Assembly: GCA_965279525.1 (NCBI GenBank)
Contig: CBDIIB010000005.1
Location: 1,120,001 to 1,184,000, forward strand
DNA: 64,000 bases
Direction: 5' to 3'
Origin: Tagaea sp.
GTDB lineage: Bacteria > Pseudomonadota > Alphaproteobacteria > CACIAM-22H2
The first letter of the stretch is position 1. The number at the start of each line of letters is the position of its first letter. The position numbers and the translations under genes were made by a program. Below, one piece after another: positions 9,665 to 22,426 of this stretch. Below the pieces are notes generated by a model. The model had not been told where the DNA came from, did no database searches, and saw nothing but the letters and a program-made list of their open reading frames with translations.

Positions 9665-10644
9665 TTGTGGTCCTTGATGCGGGTGATCGTCGCTTCGCCG
9701 AAGCGCTTGGCAAGATCGGCGAAGGTCGGGGCAAGGACGGCCTGGAACTTCGAGGTGTCGACCTTCTCGACGACCTGCATGCCGAGGCCGCGCAGCGTGT
9801 CCACGCCGGTCTTCTCCACCTTGGCGACCTCGTCCTTGCACACGGCCATCGCCGCGGTCGCCTCTTCCTGGAGCACCTGACGGTCGGCCGGCGAGAGCGA
9901 AGCGAACGCGGCAGGCGAGATCACGAGGGCTACCGGCGTGAAGGCGTGGTTGGAGATCGTCAGGTACTTCTGCACCTGGCCGAAGCGGTTGTTGATGATG
10001 GCGCCGATCGGGTTTTCCTGGCCGTCCATCACGCCCTGCTGGAGGGCCGTGAAGACCTCGGGGATCGCCATCGGCGTGGGCTGGGCGCCGAGTGCGCGCC
10101 AGACCTGGATGTGGATCGGGTTTTCCTGCGTGCGGATCTTGAGGCCCTTCACGTCGTCGACGCCGGTGACCGGACGCTTGCTGTTGGTGAGCTGGCGGAA
10201 GCCGATGCCGCCCAGCGCCAGCCCCTTGAAGCCGCGCGCGTCGAACTTGGCGAGAAGCTCCTTGCCGAACGCGCCGTCGAGCACGCCCTGCGCGTGGTCG
10301 AAATCGCGGAACAGGAACGGGATGTCGAGCACCTGCACGTCGGGCACGAAATTGGCGAAGATCGAGGTCGACGAGATCGTCATCTCGACCGTGCCGATCT
10401 GGACGCCCTCGATCACCTCGCGGTCGCCGCCGAGCGCGCCGCCCGGATGCAGGCGGATGTCGACGCGACCGGCCGTGCGCTGCTTGACCTTCTCGGCCAT
10501 CGACGTCAGCGCGATGCCTTCGGGCGCCGTCTGGCGGCCGACGAAACCGAGATTGAGGACCTTGGGCGCCTGAGCCGCTGCTTCCTGCGCGAACAGGATT
10601 CCGGCTGCGAGCATCGCTGCCGCGAGATAGCTTGTTTTCGACAT
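9661..10644 (-). CDS. TRAP substrate-binding protein (DctP)
   Basis: Signal peptide; GLKIRTQ, ALGAQPTPM, ALQQGVMDGQENP. Confidence 0.95.
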   Translation of the reverse strand: MSKTSYLAAAMLAAGILFAQEAAAQAPKVLNLGFVGRQTAPEGIALTSMAEKVKQRTAGRVDIRLHPGGALGGDREVIEGVQIGTVEMTISSTSIFANFVPDVQVLDIPFLFRDFDHAQGVLDGAFGKELLAKFDARGFKGLALGGIGFRQLTNSKRPVTGVDDVKGLKIRTQENPIHIQVWRALGAQPTPMAIPEVFTALQQGVMDGQENPIGAIINNRFGQVQKYLTISNHAFTPVALVISPAAFASLSPADRQVLQEEATAAMAVCKDEVAKVEKTGVDTLRGLGMQVVEKVDTSKFQAVLAPTFADLAKRFGEATITRIKDHK

Positions 10645-10686
10645 GTGGGTTTCCTCCGGTTTGTTTTTTTGAACGGTCGGGCGGCG

Positions 10687-11847
10687 CTATTGCACCGTCC
10701 AGCTTTCGACGAGATGGGGGGCGAATCGTTCGGGGCCGAGCTCGAGTCCCAGTCCCGGTCCGTCGGGAACGGCGACCGTTCCGGCATCGTCGACCGGGCA
10801 GTCGCCGCACATCGTGCGCAGCGGGTTGTACGAGGAGTCGTACTCGAACAGCGGGCAAGGCATCGCGTGGCCCGGGCGGCCGGGCAGGATCGAAGCGAAG
10901 TGCAGCGACGCGTTGAAGTTGACGGCCGTCCCCCACACATGCGGCACGAGTGCGATGTCGAAGGCCTCGGCGAGGGCGGCGATCTTCAGCCCCTCGGTGA
11001 TGCCGCCGCACAAGGCCAGATCGGGCTGCAGATAGCCGAGGACGCCCGCTCCGACGACATCGCGGAAGGCCTGCACGCCGAACAGCGACTCGCCGCCGGC
11101 AAGCGGGATGCGCACCTGGTCGGCAAGCCGGCGATATGCTGCGATGTTGTCGTGGGCCATCGGCTCTTCCAGCCAGCGCACGTCGCATTCGACGAGGCGG
11201 TGTGCGAGGTCGGCGGCCGGGCCGAACGTGAAGCCCTGGTTGAGATCGACCATCAGCGGCATTTTCGCGCCGATGCGCTCGCGCACGCGGCGCGCGATCG
11301 CGCCGTCGATTTCCGGCGACGTGCCCAGCCGCAGCTTGATCGCGCGGAAGCCGGCAGCGAGATAGCCGTCGATGTCGGGGAAATAGTCGCGATAGGGATC
11401 GGCCCCCGGCTTCAGGAACGGACCGCTGACATAGGCGAAGACGCGCTCGCGCACCGCACCGCCGAGGTAGGCGTGCAGCGGCTGGCGCGCGGTGCGCGCG
11501 GCCGCGTCCCATGCCGCGATGTCGAGGGCACTGACCGCCATCAGCGGCACGCCATGGCGCTCGGGCAATCTGCGCATCATCAGGTCGTGCAGGCGGCGCG
11601 GGGCCGACGCGTCCTGGCCGACAAGATGGGGGGCGAGCTGCCTTCGCACGATGTCGGACGCGGCCCCCGGATAGGCCCAGGTCTCGCCCCAGCCGGTGAC
11701 GCCTTCGCGGGTCGTGACGGCCACGAGAAGGGCCCCGCGGCTTTCAAAAAATCCGCGCGAATTCCCGATCCGTTCGGGGAGCGGGCAGGACAGTTCATAG
11801 CCGTCGATTCGGACGATCTGGGACGCAAGCGGGGAAGCCATCGGCAC
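10687..11847 (-). CDS. Mandelate racemase/muconate lactonizing enzyme family protein
   Basis: GVTGWGE, SALDIAAWD, KLR, LMVDLN, WLEEP, GGES, QPD..CGGITE, PH. Confidence 0.92.
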   Translation of the reverse strand: MPMASPLASQIVRIDGYELSCPLPERIGNSRGFFESRGALLVAVTTREGVTGWGETWAYPGAASDIVRRQLAPHLVGQDASAPRRLHDLMMRRLPERHGVPLMAVSALDIAAWDAAARTARQPLHAYLGGAVRERVFAYVSGPFLKPGADPYRDYFPDIDGYLAAGFRAIKLRLGTSPEIDGAIARRVRERIGAKMPLMVDLNQGFTFGPAADLAHRLVECDVRWLEEPMAHDNIAAYRRLADQVRIPLAGGESLFGVQAFRDVVGAGVLGYLQPDLALCGGITEGLKIAALAEAFDIALVPHVWGTAVNFNASLHFASILPGRPGHAMPCPLFEYDSSYNPLRTMCGDCPVDDAGTVAVPDGPGLGLELGPERFAPHLVESWTVQ

Positions 11848-11901
11848 GCACGGGCTGGAAGTCGCTGACAGGCCGTTGACTTAGCTCCGGTAAATACTGC
11901 A

Positions 11902-11915
11902 AATCCAATTGGATT
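11902..11915. promoter_or_regulatory. Perfect 14-bp palindrome AATCCAATTGGATT between the divergent enolase and LysR genes (candidate operator)
   Basis: Read directly; sits in an AT-rich divergent intergenic region. Confidence 0.45.
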
Positions 11916-11943
11916 ATTCAACGTCGATACATTAAAAAAACCT

Positions 11944-12846
11944 ATGCGTCTGACGCTGGCACAGCTCGAAGCGTTCCTGTGGGCGGTCGAACTCGGCTCG
12001 GTCCAGGCGGCGGCACGCCAGCTCCATCTGGCCCAGCCGACCGTGTCGCTGCGCCTGCGCGGTCTCGAGGAGGCGCTCGGCGTGCAGGTCTTCGAGCGCG
12101 CCGGGCGCGGCATCCGGCCGACCGCCAGTGGTCTCAGCCTGCTCGCGCGCGCCAAGACCGTGCTGCGCGAGGTCGACCGCATCCGCGAGCCGCCCGCCGG
12201 CCAGGCGCCGGTCGCCGGCGTCGTGCGCGTGGGCTGCGCCGAAGGTGTCGCGATGGTGTGTCTTGCGCCGCTGATGGGGGCGTTGCGCGCCGACTATCCG
12301 CACCTGCGCCCCGAGTTCGCGGTGGCGACGACGGCGGCACTCGAGCCCGAACTCGCCCGCCACAATCTCGACCTTGCGATCCTCGTCAATCCGGTCGGCC
12401 ATTCGGGCGTGCGGCTGCTGCCGCTCGGCCTCCAGCCGACCTCGTTCATGGCAGCGCCGGCGTGGGGCCTTTCGGGCCGGGTGCGGCCGGCCGATCTGCG
12501 GAACATCCCGATCGTGTCGAACCCGCCGCCGTCGGCGATGTTCCGCCAGACGCAGGACTGGTTCGCGACCGCCGGCATCGAGCCCGCGCGCGTCGACATG
12601 TGCTCGAGCGTCTCGGTCTCGGCGCACCTGATCGCGTCGGGCGTGGCGGTGGGCGTGCTGCCGCACAAGATGGTCGAGCCGCAGCTCGCCGACGGCTCGC
12701 TCGTGATCCTCGAGACCGATCCGCCGGTCGAATACGGGCGCGTCTATGTCGGGTTCCGCGACGGCGACGAGAGCCGCGCCATCGACGCGATCCTGCACTG
12801 CCTGCGCGGCGTGCTGTCGTCGATGGACTATCTCGTGGTGACGTAA
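11944..12846 (+). CDS. LysR-family regulator
   Basis: LAQLEAF..GSVQAAARQLHLAQPTVS HTH; about 300 aa. Confidence 0.95.
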   Translation: MRLTLAQLEAFLWAVELGSVQAAARQLHLAQPTVSLRLRGLEEALGVQVFERAGRGIRPTASGLSLLARAKTVLREVDRIREPPAGQAPVAGVVRVGCAEGVAMVCLAPLMGALRADYPHLRPEFAVATTAALEPELARHNLDLAILVNPVGHSGVRLLPLGLQPTSFMAAPAWGLSGRVRPADLRNIPIVSNPPPSAMFRQTQDWFATAGIEPARVDMCSSVSVSAHLIASGVAVGVLPHKMVEPQLADGSLVILETDPPVEYGRVYVGFRDGDESRAIDAILHCLRGVLSSMDYLVVT

Positions 12847-12935
12847 GGCGCGAGGGTCCCGTCGTGCCGGTCGACCCGATTCCTCGGGCATGCGAGTTGA
12901 ATTCGATATGCCGGATCGGCGACAATTCCCGCACG

Positions 12936-13571
12936 ATGACCGATTTTCCACCCACATCCCTGTCGGCCGACCATATCTGGAGCCCGAGGATGCGCGCCTT
13001 CGGCGCCTTGTGGGCGGCCAAGCGCGATGGCCAGCCGATCCTGTCGCGCGACCGGTTCCACCCCGAAGAATGGGGTCGCTGGTGGTCGAACATGCTGCTC
13101 TACAGCATCGAGCCCGATACCGAAGGCAAGCGGCCGCGCATTTTCCGGATGACCTATCAGGGCGACGATGTCGAATACACCGACGGCGGCTCGAAGATCG
13201 GCAAGCGCCTCGAAGAGATCGCGCCACCCGACCTGCTGGCGCGCACGCTGGCGGTCTATGACCGCGTGGCGAGTGCGCGCGTACCGGTCTATTCGATCCG
13301 CGTCGGCGTCTGGGGGCGGGTCCGACCCGTGGCGTTCGAACGCCTGCTGCTACCGGTCGGCCCCGCGTCGGGCGACGCGACATCCGTGCTTGGCCTCATT
13401 CTCGATCACGGGCTCGACGACAATTGGAAGCGAGGCGATCTGTTCGCGCAATCGCCCACGCTCGACAAGCGGTCCTATGCGATCAGCCAGATCGATCCCG
13501 ACAGTTTCGCGGGCTGCGATCTGGAGCGCGTCGGCAAGGGTATCGGCCTGACCATGCCGACGCCGGACTAG
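12936..13571 (+). CDS. PAS-like (PAS_5/DUF1457-type) domain protein
   Basis: W..KR.G..I.SR..F.P pattern and FERLLLP C-terminal motif; overlaps the dnaJ stop by 4 bp. Confidence 0.65.
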   Translation: MTDFPPTSLSADHIWSPRMRAFGALWAAKRDGQPILSRDRFHPEEWGRWWSNMLLYSIEPDTEGKRPRIFRMTYQGDDVEYTDGGSKIGKRLEEIAPPDLLARTLAVYDRVASARVPVYSIRVGVWGRVRPVAFERLLLPVGPASGDATSVLGLILDHGLDDNWKRGDLFAQSPTLDKRSYAISQIDPDSFAGCDLERVGKGIGLTMPTPD

Positions 13572-14719
13572 CCGCGCAGGTCGTCCCACAGTTCCTTCAC
13601 CTTGGCGAAGAAACTCGCACTCTCCGGGCTGTGGCTCTTGTTGCCGCCGCCGCTGCCTTCGAAATCGCGCAGCAGGTCCTGCTGCTTCTTGGTGAGGTTG
13701 ACCGGCGTTTCGACCATCGATTCGATGAACATGTCGCCGCGCGCGGCACTGCGCAGCACCGACATGCCCTTGCCCTTGAGACGGAACTGCTGGCCGGTCT
13801 GCGCACCGGCCGGGATCGTCACCTTCGCGCGCCCGCCGTCGACCGTCGGCACTTCGATCGAGCCGCCGAGTGCCGCCGTCGTCATCGGGATCGGCACGCG
13901 GCAATAGATGTCCGAGCCTTCGCGATGGAAGAGCTTGTGCTGCTTGATCGAGAGGAACAGGTAGAGGTCGCCCTGCGGCGAGCCGCGCATGCCCGCCTCG
14001 CCCTCGCCGGCAAGCCGGATGCGCGTGCCGTCCTCGACGCCCGCCGGGATGTTGACCGACAGCGTGCGCTCCTTGCGCGTGCGGCCCTGGCCCTGGCAGG
14101 TCTTGCACGGCTTCTCGATGATCTGGCCGGCGCCGCCGCATTGCGGGCAGCTGCGCTCGATCGTGAAGAAGCCCTGCTGGGCGCGCACCTTGCCCTGGCC
14201 GCGGCAGGTCGGGCACGTCGCGGGCTTGGAGCCGGCTTCGGCACCCGAGCCATGGCACGTCTCGCAGGCATGCAACGACGCGACGCGCACCGTGGCCTGC
14301 TTGCCGTGATAGGCGTCTTCGAGCGAGATCTCGAGATTGTAGCGAAGATCGGCGCCGCGCTGCGGGCCAGCGCCGCGCCGCCCGCCGCCCATGAACTCGC
14401 CGAACATCTCGTCGAAGATGTCGGCGAAACCGCCGGCACCGCCGCCGCCGAAATCGAAACCGCCGGCGCGTCCGCCCGGGCCGCCAGCACCGCCCTCGAA
14501 GGCGGCATGGCCGAAGCGGTCATAGGCCGCGCGCTTCTGGTCGTCCTTCAGGACGTCGTAGGCTTCGCTGATTTCCTTGAACTTGGTCTCGGCCTTCTTG
14601 TCGCCCGGGTTCTTGTCCGGGTGGAACTGCATGGCGAGCTTGCGATAGGCCTTCTTGAGGTCGTCGGCCGACGCCCCCTTGGCCACTCCCAGCAGCTCGT
14701 AATAATCCTGCTTCGCCAC
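13568..14719 (-). CDS. dnaJ: Chaperone DnaJ
   Basis: J-domain HPD, G/F region, four CxxCxGxG repeats. Confidence 0.98.
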   Translation of the reverse strand: MAKQDYYELLGVAKGASADDLKKAYRKLAMQFHPDKNPGDKKAETKFKEISEAYDVLKDDQKRAAYDRFGHAAFEGGAGGPGGRAGGFDFGGGGAGGFADIFDEMFGEFMGGGRRGAGPQRGADLRYNLEISLEDAYHGKQATVRVASLHACETCHGSGAEAGSKPATCPTCRGQGKVRAQQGFFTIERSCPQCGGAGQIIEKPCKTCQGQGRTRKERTLSVNIPAGVEDGTRIRLAGEGEAGMRGSPQGDLYLFLSIKQHKLFHREGSDIYCRVPIPMTTAALGGSIEVPTVDGGRAKVTIPAGAQTGQQFRLKGKGMSVLRSAARGDMFIESMVETPVNLTKKQQDLLRDFEGSGGGNKSHSPESASFFAKVKELWDDLRG

Positions 14720-14797
14720 GCCGCGGATCTCCGATGGTCAGGCTAAGGCTGCAGGCGATGCGAAATCCGCACCGCCCGCGCCCCGAAGCCCGATCCT

Positions 14798-16735
<1,938 letters not shown>

Positions 16736-16857
16736 GAAATCCTCGCTTTGCAGCAGTCTCTTGTGGCCGACCCGTTGAGGCATCGGCACGGGGAGACCCC
16801 GTCTTGGGTTGGTCGCTCGACGTAAGGCCTTCCCGGAAGACCCTACCTTCGACAGCG

Positions 16858-16886
16858 ATATAGGCAGGTGCCCGCGGCTTCGCAAC
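16858..16886 (-). promoter_or_regulatory. RpoH (sigma32)-type promoter of dnaKJ
   Basis: Minus strand GTTG-N18-CCTATAT, close to the alphaproteobacterial RpoH consensus CTTG-N17/18-CCTATAT. Confidence 0.65.
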
Positions 16887-16941
16887 GGTCAAAGCCGAAT
16901 TCCGGCCGGTGCGGGGCTGGCCAGGCATTCAGTAAAATTTC

Positions 16942-16970
16942 TTGACTTACTTGCGCAGGCTGCCTATAAA
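16942..16970 (+). promoter_or_regulatory. Promoter TTGACT-N17-TATAAA upstream of orphan ORF 17071
   Basis: Near-consensus sigma70 hexamers at 17-bp spacing; TTAACCAT motif at about 17010-17017. Confidence 0.6.
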
Positions 16971-17070
16971 GACCGTGAGGAATTCTCGGTTGCAGTGCTT
17001 CACGTTCCGTTAACCATGACGGAAGCTGCCGCCGGGCCCCTCAGAACTTCGAGAAGCGAGGTTCCGTGTT

Positions 17071-17511
17071 ATGACGACCGTTCAGAATGTCGGTGTTGTG
17101 CCGCCTTCGCCCCTTGTGGGTGAAAGCCGTCCTCCGTTGAGCCTTCCGGGCCAGCGGACGTCGCAAGCGCAGAACTCGACCACGACAGACCAGGTAAAAA
17201 CCCAGGCGGCGGAATCCGCCCGGGCAGCCGAGGCTTCGCGCGCCCAGCGGGCGCGTGCGGACCGCGACGAGGTCTCCGTGGCCGAACCGCGCCAGCTGGC
17301 GACGAAATCCGGCTTGATCCAGGGGACGTTCGACGCGTTCGTGGATGTCGTTGATCCGCGCTACCAGACGCGCATCGCGCGCATCTTTGGCCCCGCTTCG
17401 GGTGCCACGGCTGCCGAGCTTGCGCCGAGCCTGGTCCCCAGCGTGGTCAGCAAGGCCTACGAACCGATCGATGTGGGTGGCAAATCCGGCGCGTTCCGCC
17501 AGAGCGCGTAA
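17071..17511 (+). CDS. Hypothetical protein, weak FlaG-like resemblance
   Basis: 146-aa ORF with upstream GAGG; AFVDVVDPRYQTRIARIFGP segment. Confidence 0.55.
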   Translation: MTTVQNVGVVPPSPLVGESRPPLSLPGQRTSQAQNSTTTDQVKTQAAESARAAEASRAQRARADRDEVSVAEPRQLATKSGLIQGTFDAFVDVVDPRYQTRIARIFGPASGATAAELAPSLVPSVVSKAYEPIDVGGKSGAFRQSA

Positions 17512-17581
17512 GGGCACCGTATAGAGCTTCAGACCCGCGCCGGGGCGCCATGCCTCCGCGCGGGCGAAGCCGTTTGCGCGT

Positions 17582-18160
17582 TCAGGCGGTCGTGTCGATG
17601 CCGGCGGGCGGCGCGCCCTTGGCGACCGTGACCATCGCCTCGCGCAGCAGCCTTCCGTGGATCGTGTAGCCGGGCTGGAAGACCTGCACGACGCTGCCGG
17701 CGGCAACGCCCGGCGCATCGACCTGGGCCACCGCCTGATGCAGGGCCGGATCGAACGGCTTGCCGGCGGCATCGATCTTCATCACGCCGTTGCGCTCGAA
17801 CGCGGCGAGCAGCTCGCGCTCGGTAAGCTCGACGCCCTCGGCAAGTTTGGCCAGATGCGGATCGGCCGCGCGCGCTTCGGCCGACACGGCATCGAGTGCC
17901 CGACGCAGATTGTCCGAAACAGCAAGCAGCGCCTTGGCGAAACTGCCGACCGCGTATTTCTCGCGATCGACGATCTCGCGATCGGCGCGCTTGCGCATGT
18001 TCTCGGCGTCGGCCATCGCGCGCAGCGCCGCGTCCTTGGCCTTCGCCGTATCGGCTTCGAGGGTAGCGATCTTCGCCAGTGCTTCGGCCAATGGATCGGC
18101 CGGGGCCGGCGCTTCGGCCGCCGGAGTCTCGGGAATCGGTTCGTTGGTCGGCTCGGTCAT
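17582..18160 (-). CDS. grpE: Nucleotide exchange factor GrpE
   Basis: LRAMADAENMRKR, DNLRRAL, FDPALHQAV, GYTIHGRLLREAMV. Confidence 0.97.
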   Translation of the reverse strand: MTEPTNEPIPETPAAEAPAPADPLAEALAKIATLEADTAKAKDAALRAMADAENMRKRADREIVDREKYAVGSFAKALLAVSDNLRRALDAVSAEARAADPHLAKLAEGVELTERELLAAFERNGVMKIDAAGKPFDPALHQAVAQVDAPGVAAGSVVQVFQPGYTIHGRLLREAMVTVAKGAPPAGIDTTA

Positions 18161-18231
18161 CGGGTGCGTTCCATCATCATTCGTTCCGCCCGGCATTTGG
18201 GCGAAATCCCGCGCGGACGCAAGGGTTGATT

Positions 18232-19359
18232 TCAGCCGACCAGCCGGCCGACGACGCGCGCCGTGTAGTCGACCATCGGGATGATGCGCGCATAGTTGAG
18301 GCGCGTGGGCCCCACGACGCCGATGGCGCCCACGATGCGCTCCTGCGCGTCGCGATAGGGGGCGACGATGGTGGTGCAGCCCGACAGGCCGAACAGCTCG
18401 TTCTGCGCGCCGATGAAGATCTGCACGCCTTCGGCCCCTTGCGCCTGTTCGAGGATGCGCGCCATCGACTGGTGCTGTTCGAGCGCTTCGAACAGCCGGC
18501 GGATGCGCTCGAGATCCTCCATCGCGTGGACGTCCTCGAGCAGCTTCGCCTGACCGCGCACGATCAGATAGCCCTCGGTGCCGACCGATTTCTCGGGTGT
18601 GGACCACACGGCGAGGCCCTGTTCGACGACCTTCTGGGAAAGCTGGTCGAGCTCGGCGCGCGACTGCTCCAACCGCTTCAGCACGTCCTCGCGCGCTTCC
18701 ACGAGCGTGCGCCCGGTGAGCTGGGCGGACAGGAAGTTCGAGGCCTGCACGAGCTGCTGCGGCGTCAGGCCAAGCGGCGTTTCGATGACGCGGTTCTCGA
18801 CGAGACCGCGCTCGGTCACGAGCACGACAAGCGTGCGCCCCGGCCCGAGCGGCACGAACTCGACATGCTTCAAGGGCGCATCCGACTTGGGCGCGATGAC
18901 GAGGCCGGCTCCGCGGCCCAAGCCCGCAAGCAGCGTGCTCGCCTGTTCGAGCACCTGGCCGACCGCGCGCCCGCCGGCCGCGCACTGCGCTTCGATCTTC
19001 TCGCGCTCGTCGCTGGAAAGCCGCCCCACTTCGAGCAGCCCGTCGACGAACAGCCGCAGGCCAAGATCGGTCGGCAGCCGGCCGGCCGACGTGTGCGGCG
19101 AATAGAGGAGCCCCAGATCCTGCAGGTCGGCCATCACGTTGCGGATCGTGGCGGGCGAGATCTGGTCGGGAAGCTGGCGCGACAGCGTGCGCGAACCGAC
19201 CGGCTCGCCGGTCTCGACATAGGCTTCGACGATGCGCCGGAAGACCTCGCGCGAACGCTCGTCCATCGCGGACACCGCACTCTGCGCGCGTTCGCTTGTG
19301 GCGGCGGCGGCGGCGGAAACGGGCTTGCGCTCGAACGGGACGATCGGAGAACGGCTCAT
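18232..19359 (-). CDS. hrcA: Heat-inducible repressor HrcA
   Basis: YVETGEPVGSRTL, SPATIRNVMADL, PHTSAGRLPT, GVVGPTRLNY. Confidence 0.97.
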   Translation of the reverse strand: MSRSPIVPFERKPVSAAAAATSERAQSAVSAMDERSREVFRRIVEAYVETGEPVGSRTLSRQLPDQISPATIRNVMADLQDLGLLYSPHTSAGRLPTDLGLRLFVDGLLEVGRLSSDEREKIEAQCAAGGRAVGQVLEQASTLLAGLGRGAGLVIAPKSDAPLKHVEFVPLGPGRTLVVLVTERGLVENRVIETPLGLTPQQLVQASNFLSAQLTGRTLVEAREDVLKRLEQSRAELDQLSQKVVEQGLAVWSTPEKSVGTEGYLIVRGQAKLLEDVHAMEDLERIRRLFEALEQHQSMARILEQAQGAEGVQIFIGAQNELFGLSGCTTIVAPYRDAQERIVGAIGVVGPTRLNYARIIPMVDYTARVVGRLVG

Positions 19360-19381
19360 GGGGAATAGCTAGTCACCGCCC

Positions 19382-19525
19382 GCCTTGCGTGTCAACGCGC
19401 CCCCGATCCGTCATGCCCGGGCTTGACCCGGGCATCCACGACTTCGATTGCGAAGCAAGTCGTAGACCCCCGGGTCAAGCCCGGGGGTGACGAGTGGGAC
19501 GATGCCTTGCGTGTCAACGCACCCC
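19382..19525. repeat. REP-like palindromic element (19410-19491) flanked by 22-bp direct repeats (19382-19403, 19504-19525)
   Basis: GTCATGCCCGGGCTTGACCCGGGCATCCAC...GTAGACCCCCGGGTCAAGCCCGGGGGTGAC arms; flanks GCCTTGCGTGTCAACGC(G/A)CCCC are 21/22 identical. Confidence 0.85.
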
Positions 19526-19575
19526 GGACTAGGTTCCGGCCCGTCGAACCCCCTTCCCGCCGAAAGAGATCTCCC

Positions 19576-20307
19576 ATGCGCCCTTCGGGCCGTCCTGCCG
19601 ACCAGATGCGTGAAGTCAGCCTCGAGCCGGGCTTCGCCAAGCACGCGGAGGGATCGTGCCTCGTGCGCTTCGGCGACACGCACGTGCTGGTCACCGCCTC
19701 GCTGGAGGAGAAGGTGCCGCCGTTCCTGCGCAACTCCGGCCAGGGCTGGGTCACGGCCGAATACGGCATGCTGCCGCGCTCGACCCACACGCGCACCGAC
19801 CGCGAGGCCGCGCGCGGCAAGCAGTCGGGCCGCACGCAGGAGATCCAGCGCCTGGTCGGGCGTTCCTTGCGCTCCGTCACCGACATGAAGATGCTGGGCG
19901 AGCGCCAGATCAAGATCGACTGCGACGTGCTGCAGGCCGATGGTGGCACGCGCACCGCCGCGATCACCGGCGCGTGGGTCGCGTTGCATCAGGCGATCTT
20001 CCCGCTGGTGAAGGCCAAGGGGCTTGCCGGATTCCCGATCCGCGACCATGTCGCGGCCGTGTCGTGCGGCATCTCGAAGGGCAAGAGCGTGCTCGATCTC
20101 GACTATGCCGAGGACAGTGCGTGCGACGTCGACGCCAATTTCGTGATGACCGGCGACGGCAAGCTCGTGGAAGTGCAAGGGACCGCCGAGCGCGATCCGT
20201 TCGCCGAAGAACAGCTCCTCGCGATGCTGGCACTGGCGCGCAAGGGCGTGACCGAACTCGTCGCCCTCCAGAAGAAGGCGGTGGCCGCATGGACCGGCGC
20301 CGTCTGA
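19576..20307 (+). CDS. rph: Ribonuclease PH
   Basis: [47 protein letters not shown]. Confidence 0.98.
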   Translation: MRPSGRPADQMREVSLEPGFAKHAEGSCLVRFGDTHVLVTASLEEKVPPFLRNSGQGWVTAEYGMLPRSTHTRTDREAARGKQSGRTQEIQRLVGRSLRSVTDMKMLGERQIKIDCDVLQADGGTRTAAITGAWVALHQAIFPLVKAKGLAGFPIRDHVAAVSCGISKGKSVLDLDYAEDSACDVDANFVMTGDGKLVEVQGTAERDPFAEEQLLAMLALARKGVTELVALQKKAVAAWTGAV

Positions 20308-20888
20308 CGGGCGACAAGCTCGTCGTCGCCACGCACAACAAGGGCAAGCTTGCCGAGATGGCCGACCTGCTGCGGCCCTTCGGGCTCGACTGCGTTTCGG
20401 CCGCCTCCCTCGGCGTTTCCGAACCCGACGAGACCGGCACGACCTTCGAGGCGAACGCGGAACTGAAGGCCCGCCACACGGCGACGGCCACCGGCCTGCC
20501 TTCCCTGGCCGACGACAGCGGCCTGTGCGTGGCCGCCCTCGACGGCGATCCGGGCGTCTACACGGCGAACTGGGCGGGACCCAAGCGCGACTGGGCGCGC
20601 GCCATGCGCATGGTGGAAGCGGCCCTCGACGGGGCCGCCGACCGCAGCGGGCGTTTCGTTTCGGTGCTGTCGATCGCTTGGCCCGACGGGCATGCCGAGA
20701 CGTTCCGCGGCGAAGTGCGCGGCACGCTGGTGTGGCCGCCGCGAGGGGTCCTGGGCTTCGGCTACGATCCGGTCTTCATGCCCGACGGCGAGACGCTGAC
20801 CTTCGGCGAGATGGACCCGGCGAAGAAGCACACGATGAGCCACCGCGCCATCGCGTTCGACAAGTTCAAGGCCGCCTGCCTGCCATGA
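20289..20888 (+). CDS. rdgB: dITP/XTP pyrophosphatase
   Basis: [25 protein letters not shown]. Confidence 0.96.
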   Translation: MDRRRLTGDKLVVATHNKGKLAEMADLLRPFGLDCVSAASLGVSEPDETGTTFEANAELKARHTATATGLPSLADDSGLCVAALDGDPGVYTANWAGPKRDWARAMRMVEAALDGAADRSGRFVSVLSIAWPDGHAETFRGEVRGTLVWPPRGVLGFGYDPVFMPDGETLTFGEMDPAKKHTMSHRAIAFDKFKAACLP

Positions 20889-20901
20889 ACCCGGTGGGCC
20901 C

Positions 20902-22052
<1,151 letters not shown>

Positions 22053-22053
<1 letters not shown>

Positions 22054-22274
22054 TTGACGGACGTTGACGGACGTTGACGGCAGTTGACCGTCAACACGCC
22101 AAGTCGTTGACCTGCTTGGATCTCGTGTTGACGTTGACGGAAAACGAAAGCCGTCAACCAAACTTTGCTGCCGCAAAAAAGACGAGACGGTAACGTTACC
22201 GTCTCCTCGCCAAATGCTTGATCCACCTGCGACATGTCGATGAGACGGAGACATCACCTGCATTCGAGGAGACG
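22053..22274. repeat. Non-coding repeat/palindrome array: GTTGACGG module plus GAGACG module
   Basis: GTTGAC at 22053, 22063, 22073, 22083, 22127, 22133; CCGTCAAC at 22088 and 22151; perfect 22-bp palindrome 22184-22205; GAGAC repeats at 22242, 22248, 22269. Confidence 0.85.
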
Positions 22275-22342
22275 CGAATTTTGCGGAAACACGGCATCTC
22301 GTCCGGCCTCGACCTGCCGGCATGGACGCAGCATATTCACCG

Positions 22343-22399
22343 TTTCAAAGAGCACGCGAAACCTGCGGGGAATATATAAAAGCACGCGCCGGTTGTCAA
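22343..22399 (-). promoter_or_regulatory. Strong sigma70 promoter (TTGACA-N17-TATATT) followed by a boxA-like antitermination site (TGCTCTTTGAAA)
   Basis: -35 at 22394-22399, -10 at 22371-22376, boxA-like at 22343-22354, all on the minus strand. Confidence 0.7.
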
Positions 22400-22426
22400 G
22401 AAAATAGACCTGTCACGCTCTCTTTA

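Noticed and set aside
16736-19575. CIRCE operator expected near hrcA/dnaK
   Set aside because: No TTAGCACTC-N9-GAGTGCTAA seen; consistent with RpoH control of dnaK in alphaproteobacteria
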